From a virus: DNA of 64,000 bases. The stretch lies in the IMG/VR virus record IMGVR_UViG_3300045988_175656; one strand, written 5' to 3'. The notes beneath the pieces were generated by a model. That model worked only from the letters and a program-made list of their open reading frames with translations, was not told the DNA's origin and ran no database searches. Shown piece by piece: positions 34,353 to 43,536 of the stretch (its first letter is position 1; every line of letters begins with the position of its first letter). Position numbers and translations under genes: made by a program.

Positions 34353-34802
34353 TTATAATAATTTTAAATGTTTTGTGAACTTATCAATTTCTTCACTCAC
34401 CCAAGGACCAATACCAATGCAGGTTTTTGTTTTTACACCATGAAATTCAGTTAAACCATTATCTTCAATCATTACAATTGGAATTTCGGGAGCTTCTTTT
34501 TTAATGTTATTATATAGAGAAACTAATTCATCCTCATTATCAACACAAAGACATATTTTAGTAAAAATACCATCTAACCATGAAGATAGTATCTTATCTT
34601 CTTTATCCATATCATCACCACTATTCTTATAAGTTAATAGATAATTAGTGAATTTATCATTAGCTTTATCTTTAGTAAACATTGTTAATAATGCCCCTAA
34701 TGAAGCGTGAGCACCTTGGCTTACCATTTTCCCTTTACGCATACCTAAATCTTTGCGTAAAACAATAACTTGTTTACAATTTACCAATGTATTCTGCTCC
34801 AT
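34353..34802 (-). CDS. peptidyl-tRNA hydrolase, PTH2 (archaeal/eukaryotic) type
   Basis: VIVLRKDLGMRKGKMVSQGAHAS, ...IEDNGLTEF...KTCIGIGPW... and the C-terminal FTKHLKLL follow the PTH2 signature (DL.MgKGK.aAQ..HA; D.G.T; GP; T..LKLl). Confidence 0.7.
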   Translation of the reverse strand: MEQNTLVNCKQVIVLRKDLGMRKGKMVSQGAHASLGALLTMFTKDKANDKFTNYLLTYKNSGDDMDKEDKILSSWLDGIFTKICLCVDNEDELVSLYNNIKKEAPEIPIVMIEDNGLTEFHGVKTKTCIGIGPWVSEEIDKFTKHLKLL

Positions 34803-35115
34803 ATTGTTTAGTATCTATTTCTTCAAATTTGAAATTTATTACATCTTGTTTAAATTGTTCCAATGCTTTTTCCATTTCATTAAATACTTCTCTTTTTTTA
34901 ATGTTTGTCACTGTGTTAATAGTTTCAATTCCACGATATAATTTACTGATTACTAAATCAGGCAATAATTCAATACCATCAACAGCACTTCTCAAAAGTT
35001 TTGCAGCAGTTTCATTGTTATCTTTTGTAAATTTTAGTTCTACAATAAAACTTTCATTTTCAGGAAAATAGCCCATTAATGTGTTATTCCTATCATTTTT
35101 TACATTTTTTTCCAT
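34774..35115 (-). CDS. hypothetical protein
   Basis: 113-aa ORF with a 29-nt overlap with the PTH2 gene. Confidence 0.5.
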   Translation of the reverse strand: MEKNVKNDRNNTLMGYFPENESFIVELKFTKDNNETAAKLLRSAVDGIELLPDLVISKLYRGIETINTVTNIKKREVFNEMEKALEQFKQDVINFKFEEIDTKQYGAEYIGKL

Positions 35116-35213
35116 ACATTAACATATATTTAATATTAGATGCTACTACTTTATTTGTGTTAAGCTGTTAATATGTAATTAAGCTACCTTATAATAGTTA
35201 AGTAGCATCTTTT

Positions 35214-36296
35214 TTATTCATTCAAATTATACACCTTATCAAGCATTGATATTATCATATCTTTTGTAATATGAATATTTTTTGTATCTGACATATCAGG
35301 TGCTTCATACATTATATCAGTTAAAATTATTTCTAAAATAGAACGTAATCCACGTGCGCCTAATTTCAGTTTTAAAGCTGTTTTAGCTATTTCTTTCAAA
35401 GCTTCTTTATCAAATGATATGTTTATACCATCGACAGATAAAAGTTTCTTAAATTGCTTTAAAATTGCATTTTTTGGCTCTGAAATAATTTTGATTAAAT
35501 CTTCTTCAGTCAAAGGATTTGTATAAGTAATTACAGGGAAACGTCCTATTAGTTCAGGAATTAACCCAAATGAACGTAAATCTTGTGAAGTCACTTGTTT
35601 AAGAATATTTCCTTCTATTTCTTTTTGTTTTTCCGTTTTATTTTTAAAACCTATTGAATTAACATTTAAGCGTTTCTTTATGTTTTGTTCAAGCCCCACA
35701 AATGCACCAAGACCAATTATAAGAATATTTTTTGTATTAACATAGGTCAATGGGATTTCAGGATGTTTTCTTCCGCCTTTAGGTGGCACACCAACCACAT
35801 TACCTTCTACTATTTTTAATAATGCTTGCTGTACACCTTCTCCACTTACATCACGAGTAATAGAAGGATTATCACTTTTGCGAGCAATTTTATCAATTTC
35901 ATCAATAACAATAATACCTCTTTCTGCTAAAGCAACATTATAATCAGCTTTTTGTAGTAGACCAACAACAATTGTTTCTACATCATCACCTACATATCCA
36001 GCTTCAGTCAATGTTGTGGCATCTGCTATATAACAAGGAAGTCCCAGCATTTCAGCTATTGTTTTGACTAGAAATGTTTTACCTGTTCCTGTTTCACCTG
36101 CCATAATGATATTAGATTTTTCTACTTGTATATCTGCAAACTCTCCATCGTTACCAATACCTTCATCATTCATCAAGATACGCTTTAGATGATTATATAT
36201 TGCCACAGACAATATTTTCTTTGCGTCATCTTGCCCAATAACATACTGGTCTAAGTATTCTTTAATCTCACGAGGTGTTTTATCCATCTTAATCAT
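35214..36296 (-). CDS. clpX: ClpX-like AAA+ unfoldase lacking the N-terminal zinc-binding domain
   Basis: Starts at the equivalent of the E. coli ClpX linker ([21 protein letters not shown]). It has Walker [11 protein letters not shown], pore loop AGYVGDDVE, Walker [12 protein letters not shown] loop NSIGFKN and sensor-2 GARGLRS. Confidence 0.85.
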   Translation of the reverse strand: MIKMDKTPREIKEYLDQYVIGQDDAKKILSVAIYNHLKRILMNDEGIGNDGEFADIQVEKSNIIMAGETGTGKTFLVKTIAEMLGLPCYIADATTLTEAGYVGDDVETIVVGLLQKADYNVALAERGIIVIDEIDKIARKSDNPSITRDVSGEGVQQALLKIVEGNVVGVPPKGGRKHPEIPLTYVNTKNILIIGLGAFVGLEQNIKKRLNVNSIGFKNKTEKQKEIEGNILKQVTSQDLRSFGLIPELIGRFPVITYTNPLTEEDLIKIISEPKNAILKQFKKLLSVDGINISFDKEALKEIAKTALKLKLGARGLRSILEIILTDIMYEAPDMSDTKNIHITKDMIISMLDKVYNLNE

Positions 36297-36329
36297 ATCT
36301 TAAAATCGTTTTAAATTTGAATTACGATG

Positions 36330-36337
36330 CAAATATA
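36330..36337 (-). promoter_or_regulatory. Bacteroidota-type -7 promoter box (atagTATATTTGcat) for clpX-like operon
   Basis: Recurring element 34 nt upstream of the ATG at 36296. Confidence 0.6.
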
Positions 36338-36360
36338 CTATTTATTTTTCATTAATCCAA

Positions 36361-37227
36361 ATGGATAATAGAAAAATTTTGGGTATTTATGGTATATTAA
36401 TCTGTTTTACAATGAGAAAAGTAATTTTTAATAAGGATTATTTAACAATATTAAAAGAAAATTTACAGGAAAACCTATATGATGAAGTATCAATGAGCGA
36501 TATTAATCTCAATCCACTTGAACCAAAGCCACAACTTAATCCAAAATTTTGGATTAACGGAAAACTTAATTCAAAAGTGAGATTAAAATTAATGGATATT
36601 GCTGACGATTTCATTCAGACACTCAATGTTAAATGGGTAAAACCACTTGATATTGTGTTTACAGGTTCATTAGCTAATTATAATTGGACAAAATATTCTG
36701 ATATAGATGTACATGTAATTATGAATTATAAAGATGTGTATGAAAATATAGAGTTTGTAAAAGAATATTTTGAAATGAAAAAATATTCTTGGATGCAAGA
36801 CCATGACAATTTGAGAATATATGGCTTTCCAATCGAGTTATATGTTGAAAATTCAAATGATGCTGCTAATTCAAGTGGGGTTTATTCACTTGAAAAAAAC
36901 AAATGGGTTGTTGAACCAAAACCATTTAATGATAATGAATTTGATGAACAATATGTAAAGAAAACTGCTGCCAAGTTAATGACTCAGGTTGATGAACTAT
37001 CTGATATGATTGATGAAACTGATGATGATTACAAAATTGATATATTATCAAAAAAAGTTAAAAGATTAAATGATAAGGTAAAATTCATCAGACAAAAGTC
37101 TTTAAAGAAAGATGGTGAGATGGGAAATGGAAATATTATTTATAAAGTAATGAGAAATGCTGGATATATAGATAAGTTATGGGATTTAAAGTCAAAAACT
37201 TATGATAAATTAAATTCATTAAAATAA
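36361..37227 (+). CDS. Pol-beta-superfamily nucleotidyltransferase-fold protein
   Basis: The minimal NTase motif is FTGSLANYNWTKYSDIDVHV (G-S, 10 residues, D-x-D), with a later acidic strand PIELYVE. The start could instead be Met18 (36412). Confidence 0.45.
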   Translation: MDNRKILGIYGILICFTMRKVIFNKDYLTILKENLQENLYDEVSMSDINLNPLEPKPQLNPKFWINGKLNSKVRLKLMDIADDFIQTLNVKWVKPLDIVFTGSLANYNWTKYSDIDVHVIMNYKDVYENIEFVKEYFEMKKYSWMQDHDNLRIYGFPIELYVENSNDAANSSGVYSLEKNKWVVEPKPFNDNEFDEQYVKKTAAKLMTQVDELSDMIDETDDDYKIDILSKKVKRLNDKVKFIRQKSLKKDGEMGNGNIIYKVMRNAGYIDKLWDLKSKTYDKLNSLK

Positions 37228-37295
37228 TGAAATATTTATATTTAAAATAAACTAATTATATTATACTGTATAATAGAAAAAAATTTATATACAAA

Positions 37296-38942
37296 ATGAC
37301 GATATATGAATCACAAATAGAGAAAATGAAAAATCTTATGAGCTATGGTTTGGTGAATGAAAACAAACCAAGTATCAATAAGACAGTTGTTGAATACCAT
37401 GTTGAAGGTGCAGATGGTAAAACTTATGGAATTATTAGAGAAAATCATAAATTCTATATCAAAACAGCCCCTAAAAAAGATACTGAAGTTTTAGCTGAAG
37501 ATTATGACTATATAGGTGGATTTATGAACCGTGCTGCTAACGAATTTAATAGTTATGCATTAGCTTCTAAACAATTAGAAATGAAATTAATGTCTTTAAA
37601 TGAAGCATATTCTTCAAGAAAACCAATTGCTGAACAATTCAAACCTGTTGAAAAAGCTGAATGGGTTATTGAAGAAACTAAAGAAATGCAAAGCGAAATT
37701 GACCGCCAAAGACAAATTATGCGTAATGCAGCAGGTATTTTAAATGAAGATGCAAAAATACCTATGAATCGTGAAGTTCCTGAAGCACCTGCTACTAACC
37801 CTTCTGACAAAACTAAAAATGGTCCATTCACAGAAAAAGCAACAGCCAAAGGTGATAAAGATTCGGTTAGACCATCTAACAATCATGTAGCAGCAGGTAA
37901 ACCTTTTGATAAATCTGAAACAGTATCAGATAGTGATATGGAATCAGACAAAAATCCTAAAGGTGGTGCAGATACAAACTCTCCACATACGGAAGCTGCT
38001 AAATATGTTCCTGCTGGTTCAGTTGCAAACCAAAAACCAAAAGGTGCAAAAGCTGTTAAAATGAATGAAGGACATAAAGTAAAAGTTACTGAAGAACAAG
38101 TTTTAACATGGAACAAAAACAAAGATTATTTGGATAAAGCTAAAGGAACTGAAATTGGTAGTTCAGCACCATTTTGTGATGAATTAGGTCAAGAAAGTAA
38201 TCAAACTGAAGCTGATACTGAAAAAATTCAAGAATCTGATGGAGCAATGCACACAGAAGGAGATAACATCAACAAACCAAAACCAGGAAACGGAGAAATT
38301 GGTAGTTCTGAGCCATTTGATAAAAAAGTTAATGAAGGTGACGATAATGATGACGAAGATTTGAACGAAGATATTCATATGAATGAAGATATGCCTTTCC
38401 CAGGTGTTGATTATACACAAGATGATTTGTCAGAAGATGATGTTGAAAACTTTGCTGGAATGCCTGATGAATATCAAGATTATGGAACACAATTTGACCA
38501 TGCATGGGAAGCATTTATACAACAAAACCCACAATTTGCTAAAGTTCAAAAACCTCAAATGCCAAGTGATAATGCTTTTGACTCTGAATATTCAAATGCT
38601 CAAAACTTACCTTGGGAAAGCAAACAGAAAAAAGGTAAAGTTGTTAAAGAGGAAAGTGAAACTGTGTTAGATGATTTTGGTAAACACCCTGCTTATCAAA
38701 AAACGGTAATGACATTACCACCTAATAAAGAAGTTGCTCCTAATGGAGCAAAAGATTGGAATGATAAATCAGTTGACGGTGACAAACCATATGGTTTAAA
38801 AATTGGTAGTTCAGCACCTTTTGATGATATTGTTAAAGTAATTACTGATTCTGTAATGAAAAAATTAAGTCAAATGAAATTGACTGCAAGCAACAATTCA
38901 GAAAAAGGAAATACTGATGAACAAGGTGAAAAAAAAAAGTAA
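37296..38942 (+). CDS. acidic, largely low-complexity virion/head-associated protein
   Basis: 548 aa with three IGSS(A/E)PF(C/D) motifs. It ends in an A10 run immediately before the stop. First large gene of the head module. Confidence 0.6.
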   Translation: MTIYESQIEKMKNLMSYGLVNENKPSINKTVVEYHVEGADGKTYGIIRENHKFYIKTAPKKDTEVLAEDYDYIGGFMNRAANEFNSYALASKQLEMKLMSLNEAYSSRKPIAEQFKPVEKAEWVIEETKEMQSEIDRQRQIMRNAAGILNEDAKIPMNREVPEAPATNPSDKTKNGPFTEKATAKGDKDSVRPSNNHVAAGKPFDKSETVSDSDMESDKNPKGGADTNSPHTEAAKYVPAGSVANQKPKGAKAVKMNEGHKVKVTEEQVLTWNKNKDYLDKAKGTEIGSSAPFCDELGQESNQTEADTEKIQESDGAMHTEGDNINKPKPGNGEIGSSEPFDKKVNEGDDNDDEDLNEDIHMNEDMPFPGVDYTQDDLSEDDVENFAGMPDEYQDYGTQFDHAWEAFIQQNPQFAKVQKPQMPSDNAFDSEYSNAQNLPWESKQKKGKVVKEESETVLDDFGKHPAYQKTVMTLPPNKEVAPNGAKDWNDKSVDGDKPYGLKIGSSAPFDDIVKVITDSVMKKLSQMKLTASNNSEKGNTDEQGEKKK

Positions 38943-39013
38943 GTGAGAATATTAGTGAAAAAAAAGTACTAAAAATTAAAACTGATAAAAAAGAAGAAGT
39001 ACCCCAAGGTGGT

Positions 39014-39619
39014 ATGATGAACAATCAGATGCCACCTATGGATAATCCTCAACCACAAATGGATAATCAAATGCCACCAATGAATGATATGGGTGGAGAA
39101 CAAGGTAATGATGAACAATTTGATGCTGATTTTGATGCTGGTGTAGAAGCTGATGAAAACAGTGACCCAAAAAGATATATTCAACAATTAGCAGGTAAAT
39201 TGAGCCAATCATTAAGAAAATATAATGAAGGTTTACCCAATCCAGATGTGGACTTAAACAAATATGTGGCAGGTATGGCTAATGATGCAGCAGTGGAAGG
39301 TTTATCACCTGAAGATGTTGAAGAAATCATAAATAAAATAAAATCAGATGAAAATTCTGATTCTGAAAATCAAGAAACGCCACAGGATAATGTAGATACA
39401 CCACCAATGGACAATAATCAGGATATGAGCCAAAGTCCTGAAATACCACCAATGGAAAATAAAAAATCTACAAAAAAGTTAACTGAAAATTTAGAATCAT
39501 ATATTGATGAAATAGTTAATGATATTATTTCACAAAAACCTAATAATGTAAATAATGATAAAATCAAAGTTAACAAAAGTTTTAAAACTAAACCTTACAC
39601 TTCACCAATGTTTAAATAA
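39014..39619 (+). CDS. acidic PPM(D/E)N-repeat protein; possibly the -1 frame extension of 37296..38942
   Basis: Its frame is open back to 38930, inside the A10 run of the upstream gene. Confidence 0.5.
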   Translation: MMNNQMPPMDNPQPQMDNQMPPMNDMGGEQGNDEQFDADFDAGVEADENSDPKRYIQQLAGKLSQSLRKYNEGLPNPDVDLNKYVAGMANDAAVEGLSPEDVEEIINKIKSDENSDSENQETPQDNVDTPPMDNNQDMSQSPEIPPMENKKSTKKLTENLESYIDEIVNDIISQKPNNVNNDKIKVNKSFKTKPYTSPMFK

Positions 39620-39636
39620 AAATTAAGATAAATTAT

Positions 39637-39676
39637 TAAAATCACCAAATATTCTTTATTTGGTGATTTTATTTTT
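39637..39676 (+). terminator. rho-independent terminator
   Basis: Perfect 10-bp stem atcaccaaat/atttggtgat followed by a T-rich tail. Confidence 0.75.
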
Positions 39677-39719
39677 TAGATTATTTGTAAGATAATTATA
39701 TATAAATTACATTATTGCA

Positions 39720-40313
39720 ATGAGAAAAATTAAAATAACTAAAGAGCAACATGAATTGGCTATTAAGGAAGCTGTAAGTTTAACTGTTAATACAGGGTCA
39801 ACAAATGGCAATATAAATCAAGCTATACAAAATACAAAACGTGACGCACAAAGAGATGGCATTAACCCAAATAAAGTAGGATATAATATACCAGCACAAG
39901 AAAGTGTTGTTGTTTCTAAAAAGGCTATAAAAGAAATGCGTATAAAAAACCTTTTAAAAAATGCAACAGTTTTAACCAAAAAAGAAATTAGTGAAAAAAT
40001 TAATGGTAAGTTAAATGAAAGCTCTGATTCTATTATGTATAGTGACTTGATTAATAGTGAAGTTATGAGTTTATCAGACGAAATTAAACAAGCAAAAGAA
40101 AATTATACTAATGCAATTAGCATGTTTTTCGATACATTATTTAAACAAGGACGTGATATGAAAACGATAAATAAAATTATTAGTATGGCTGATTTAACAA
40201 AATACATCCCAAAGGCTGAAATTAATCGCAAAGAATCCGAATTTAAAAATGCTCAAAACATGGCTAAACAAAATATTAAAGACCAACAAAAAGAAGTTAA
40301 ACAAGGTGTATGA
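39720..40313 (+). CDS. hypothetical protein
   Basis: 197-aa ORF whose stop overlaps the next start (ATGA). Confidence 0.55.
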   Translation: MRKIKITKEQHELAIKEAVSLTVNTGSTNGNINQAIQNTKRDAQRDGINPNKVGYNIPAQESVVVSKKAIKEMRIKNLLKNATVLTKKEISEKINGKLNESSDSIMYSDLINSEVMSLSDEIKQAKENYTNAISMFFDTLFKQGRDMKTINKIISMADLTKYIPKAEINRKESEFKNAQNMAKQNIKDQQKEVKQGV

Positions 40314-41512
40314 AAAAAATAATAGTTAAACAAAATATGCTTATTGAAGGTTTGATTAATGATAACAAAGATGATATTAAATTACCAAAACATTTAGTAA
40401 AATCTTTGTCAAACCATAAGACATCTTTAGGAGACCACCCATCGTTTCCACCTGAAGATGAAGATTGTTTTGACTACAAAATCGTTAATAAAAGATTCAA
40501 GCATTTATACGATGAACTGAGTAAATTTGATGACATTGGAGAACTAAGTGAAGAGAATTTAACAAATGTCCTTGGCAAATTAGTACATGAATGTCAAAAG
40601 ATTGAAAAACCTTTAAAAGATAACTTGGAAAAGCTATGTACTAATTTAGTAAATGATTTGTTTAATATACCTAAAGATTCTATATCTTTTAGTTGTGAAT
40701 TAGTGGATAGAATAGATAATTCTGGAAAAAGATTAACACCTGAAAAAACTGATGATATTGAAGTAGATGGTGTTGAAGATTTAGATAGATTATCTAAAGA
40801 GGTTTATAAAAGACGTTTAGTTAATTCGTTAATACAAGGGGCAGCACTTAAATATTCAAGTGATATTCAAGCATTTGTTAAAGACATATATGCGTTGAAT
40901 TATAAATTGCCAACATTATATGAAAAAATAACTAAAATAAACAGTTTTTTATTATTTTTTAAAGCTGATATTGATGATGAAAAGTCAAGAACTGATGCTG
41001 GTAATGTAGATGTTCATCTTGGTAATGATGTTGAACAAGCTACCATTGAAGCGAAAGGCATTATATTTCCAATTCTTTTAAACGAATCATTTAGAGGGTT
41101 TTTAGAATTGTTTGCTGCACATGGTTTACCTGAGAAAAGAGAGGACGCTTTGTATGTCATTAAAAAATCTGATTTTTTACTAGCTGAACCTTGGGACATG
41201 AGATTAGGATATTCATTATGGGAAATGGTTAGTGATATAATAAAAGTTGATTCATTTGACCCAGTTGAAGTTGGAATACCATTTATTTTTACAGAATTAG
41301 TTTCATTACCTGCTGATGAATTCCATCAATTTATGAAAGAAATTTTTGCAAAGACAAAAAAAGGTAAAGAAGCAATGAGAGAAATGATTCAATTTATATT
41401 ACATGAAAAAGAAAAAGATGATTTTGATGCATATTTAGATGATAAAAACAGTCAAGTTGCTGTTATTGGAGATGATGAATGTTTTCTACCTGAAGAACTT
41501 GATTATATTTAA
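40310..41512 (+). CDS. hypothetical protein
   Basis: 400-aa ORF upstream of terL, followed by a terminator. Confidence 0.6.
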   Translation: MKKIIVKQNMLIEGLINDNKDDIKLPKHLVKSLSNHKTSLGDHPSFPPEDEDCFDYKIVNKRFKHLYDELSKFDDIGELSEENLTNVLGKLVHECQKIEKPLKDNLEKLCTNLVNDLFNIPKDSISFSCELVDRIDNSGKRLTPEKTDDIEVDGVEDLDRLSKEVYKRRLVNSLIQGAALKYSSDIQAFVKDIYALNYKLPTLYEKITKINSFLLFFKADIDDEKSRTDAGNVDVHLGNDVEQATIEAKGIIFPILLNESFRGFLELFAAHGLPEKREDALYVIKKSDFLLAEPWDMRLGYSLWEMVSDIIKVDSFDPVEVGIPFIFTELVSLPADEFHQFMKEIFAKTKKGKEAMREMIQFILHEKEKDDFDAYLDDKNSQVAVIGDDECFLPEELDYI

Positions 41513-41523
41513 AATACTGATTA

Positions 41524-41552
41524 ATAGAGGGTATAGAAGCCCTCTATTTTAT
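41524..41552 (+). terminator. rho-independent terminator
   Basis: Stem atagaggg/ccctctat followed by a T-run. Confidence 0.65.
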
Positions 41553-41599
41553 TTATATGGGTATTGTTAACTATTTATATAAATAAAAATATAAATATT

Positions 41600-43492
41600 A
41601 TGGTTTCATTACAACAAATACAAACCGAATACATAAAAAGTTATACAGATAAAACACGTAAATATTTTATCGAAAATTTTCTATCAACATTTGATGCTGA
41701 TAGAAGAAAATCTGTACCATTTAAATTATTTCCAAGACAAATTGAATTTTTAAAAAGTATAGTAAAATACCCTAATTCTATTGCTATTAAACATAGACAG
41801 GCAGGTATTACAACAGTTTCTAGCGCATGGGTAACAGCACAAATAGTTTTTGCTAGTAAAGATGCTCCTGAAACTGTATTATGTATTGGTAATAAACTTG
41901 ATATTTCTCAACAATTAGTGACAAAAATTGGTGATTTCTTAGACCAAGTTCCAAGATATTTCTGGGGAGATGAATTTTATTCACCAGACCCTAAAAGTGA
42001 GAAAAATAAAAAATCCATTTATGAGATTAGAAATAAGTCTGAACTTCAACTATTTAATGGCTGTAAAGTTGTTGCCCGTTCTTCAGGCGAAAATGCTGCT
42101 CGTGGTATATCGGCTGTTTCTATATTAATTTTTGACGAAGCAGCATTTATTGAAAATGGACTTTCTGTTTATGCACAAGCTGTTGCTGCAACTGCATCAG
42201 TAAGAGATGCAAAAATCATTATGGTATCAACGCCAAATGGTAAAGACCAACTTTATTATCGTACTTATTCCAAAGCATTAGAAAAGAAGAATAATTATAA
42301 TGCAGTAGAATTTAAGTGGTTTCAAGACCTTCGTTATAACCGTAACTTAAAATGGTATAAGAAAGATAAAGAAACTGGCGAATTTGAATGGATTAAAGAA
42401 GAAACAATAGATGCTGAAGGAAATATAAGATATAATGAAGAAAGATGGCGTGAATTAGAAAAAAATGGTTGGATTCCAACATCTCCTTGGTATGAAAATA
42501 TGTGTCAGAGTTTCAATGGTGATGAAATGAAAATTGCACAAGAATTAAATGTATCTTTCTTGGGTTCATCTGATAATGTTATTGCACCTGAAGTAATAGA
42601 GTTTCAACTTAATAATAATGTGGTTTACTTACCTGATGATTGGAATTTAAAAGACCCGTTTGTTGAAGAAACTTGGATTTGGAAAGACCCAATACCAGGA
42701 CACAGATATATTTGTGCAGTAGATGCTTCTCGTGGTGATGCTGCGGATAAAACAGCTATTGAAATTATTGATATAGATGCTAAAGATGAAAATGGTAATC
42801 CATATTTTGACCAAGTTCTTGAATATAATGGTAAAAGAACAGGTGATGAAATTGGTGAAATTGTATTTAATTATGCAACTGCTTATAATAACGCTTTAGT
42901 AGTAATAGATTGTGTTGGTGGTACAGGTGATGCAGCAGTATTAACATTAATGCGGTTAAAATACCCTAATTTATATTATGATGACCCATCATTGAAAACC
43001 TACATGATTCAAAGAAAATATAGTGAGTATAATCTTAAAGATACTGATAGACTTCCTGGTTTCCATCAATCATCTGTTCGTTATCAGATGTTAAGTAATT
43101 TTGTTACAATGGTTAAAAATAATTCATTTAGGGTTAGGTCTATTCGTGTTATTAATGAAATGGAAACATGGATTTTCAAAGGTGAAGCAAGACGTATTGA
43201 CCATATGGATGGTTGTCATGATGATACATTAACATGCATTGCGATGGCATTATTTGTACTACAATTTTCATTCTTTAAAATGGAAGATACTAAGAAAAAA
43301 GATGCTGTAATTCTAAAATCATGGGTTGTTAACAATAATATTAATTCAATAAAACGCCCAACAATAGATAATAAATCTGTTTCAATTGCCCCTGATAGAA
43401 TTTTGCCATTTTATAATAAAAAGACTTTAGACCAAAAATCTAATAAAGTAAGTGGAACTTATATGTGGCTTATTGGAAGTATAAAAAGATAA
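41600..43492 (+). CDS. terL: terminase large subunit
   Basis: Deviant Walker A IKHRQAGITT (K-x-RQ-x-G-x-T type), Walker B ILIFDEAAFI, coupling motif VSTPNG, and nuclease acidic residues CAVDASRGD and DGCHDDTL. I use the ATG at 41600 instead of the TTG at 41564. Confidence 0.85.
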   Translation: MVSLQQIQTEYIKSYTDKTRKYFIENFLSTFDADRRKSVPFKLFPRQIEFLKSIVKYPNSIAIKHRQAGITTVSSAWVTAQIVFASKDAPETVLCIGNKLDISQQLVTKIGDFLDQVPRYFWGDEFYSPDPKSEKNKKSIYEIRNKSELQLFNGCKVVARSSGENAARGISAVSILIFDEAAFIENGLSVYAQAVAATASVRDAKIIMVSTPNGKDQLYYRTYSKALEKKNNYNAVEFKWFQDLRYNRNLKWYKKDKETGEFEWIKEETIDAEGNIRYNEERWRELEKNGWIPTSPWYENMCQSFNGDEMKIAQELNVSFLGSSDNVIAPEVIEFQLNNNVVYLPDDWNLKDPFVEETWIWKDPIPGHRYICAVDASRGDAADKTAIEIIDIDAKDENGNPYFDQVLEYNGKRTGDEIGEIVFNYATAYNNALVVIDCVGGTGDAAVLTLMRLKYPNLYYDDPSLKTYMIQRKYSEYNLKDTDRLPGFHQSSVRYQMLSNFVTMVKNNSFRVRSIRVINEMETWIFKGEARRIDHMDGCHDDTLTCIAMALFVLQFSFFKMEDTKKKDAVILKSWVVNNNINSIKRPTIDNKSVSIAPDRILPFYNKKTLDQKSNKVSGTYMWLIGSIKR

Positions 43493-43536
43493 CTATTTAC
43501 TTAATAATATAATAAAATTATTTTATAATAAAAAAG

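Noticed and set aside
35138-35210. 73-nt inverted-repeat element as a tRNA gene.
   Set aside because: The acceptor-like stem exists, but the D, anticodon and T stems do not pair on either strand. There is no GTTCRANYC-like T-loop.
41578-41597. Exact T4 late-promoter boxes (TATAAATA x2) upstream of terL as proof of T4-type late promoters.
   Set aside because: This 8-mer is expected many times by chance in ~30% GC DNA and is absent upstream of the capsid gene. It is kept only as a hypothesis inside the late-promoter finding.
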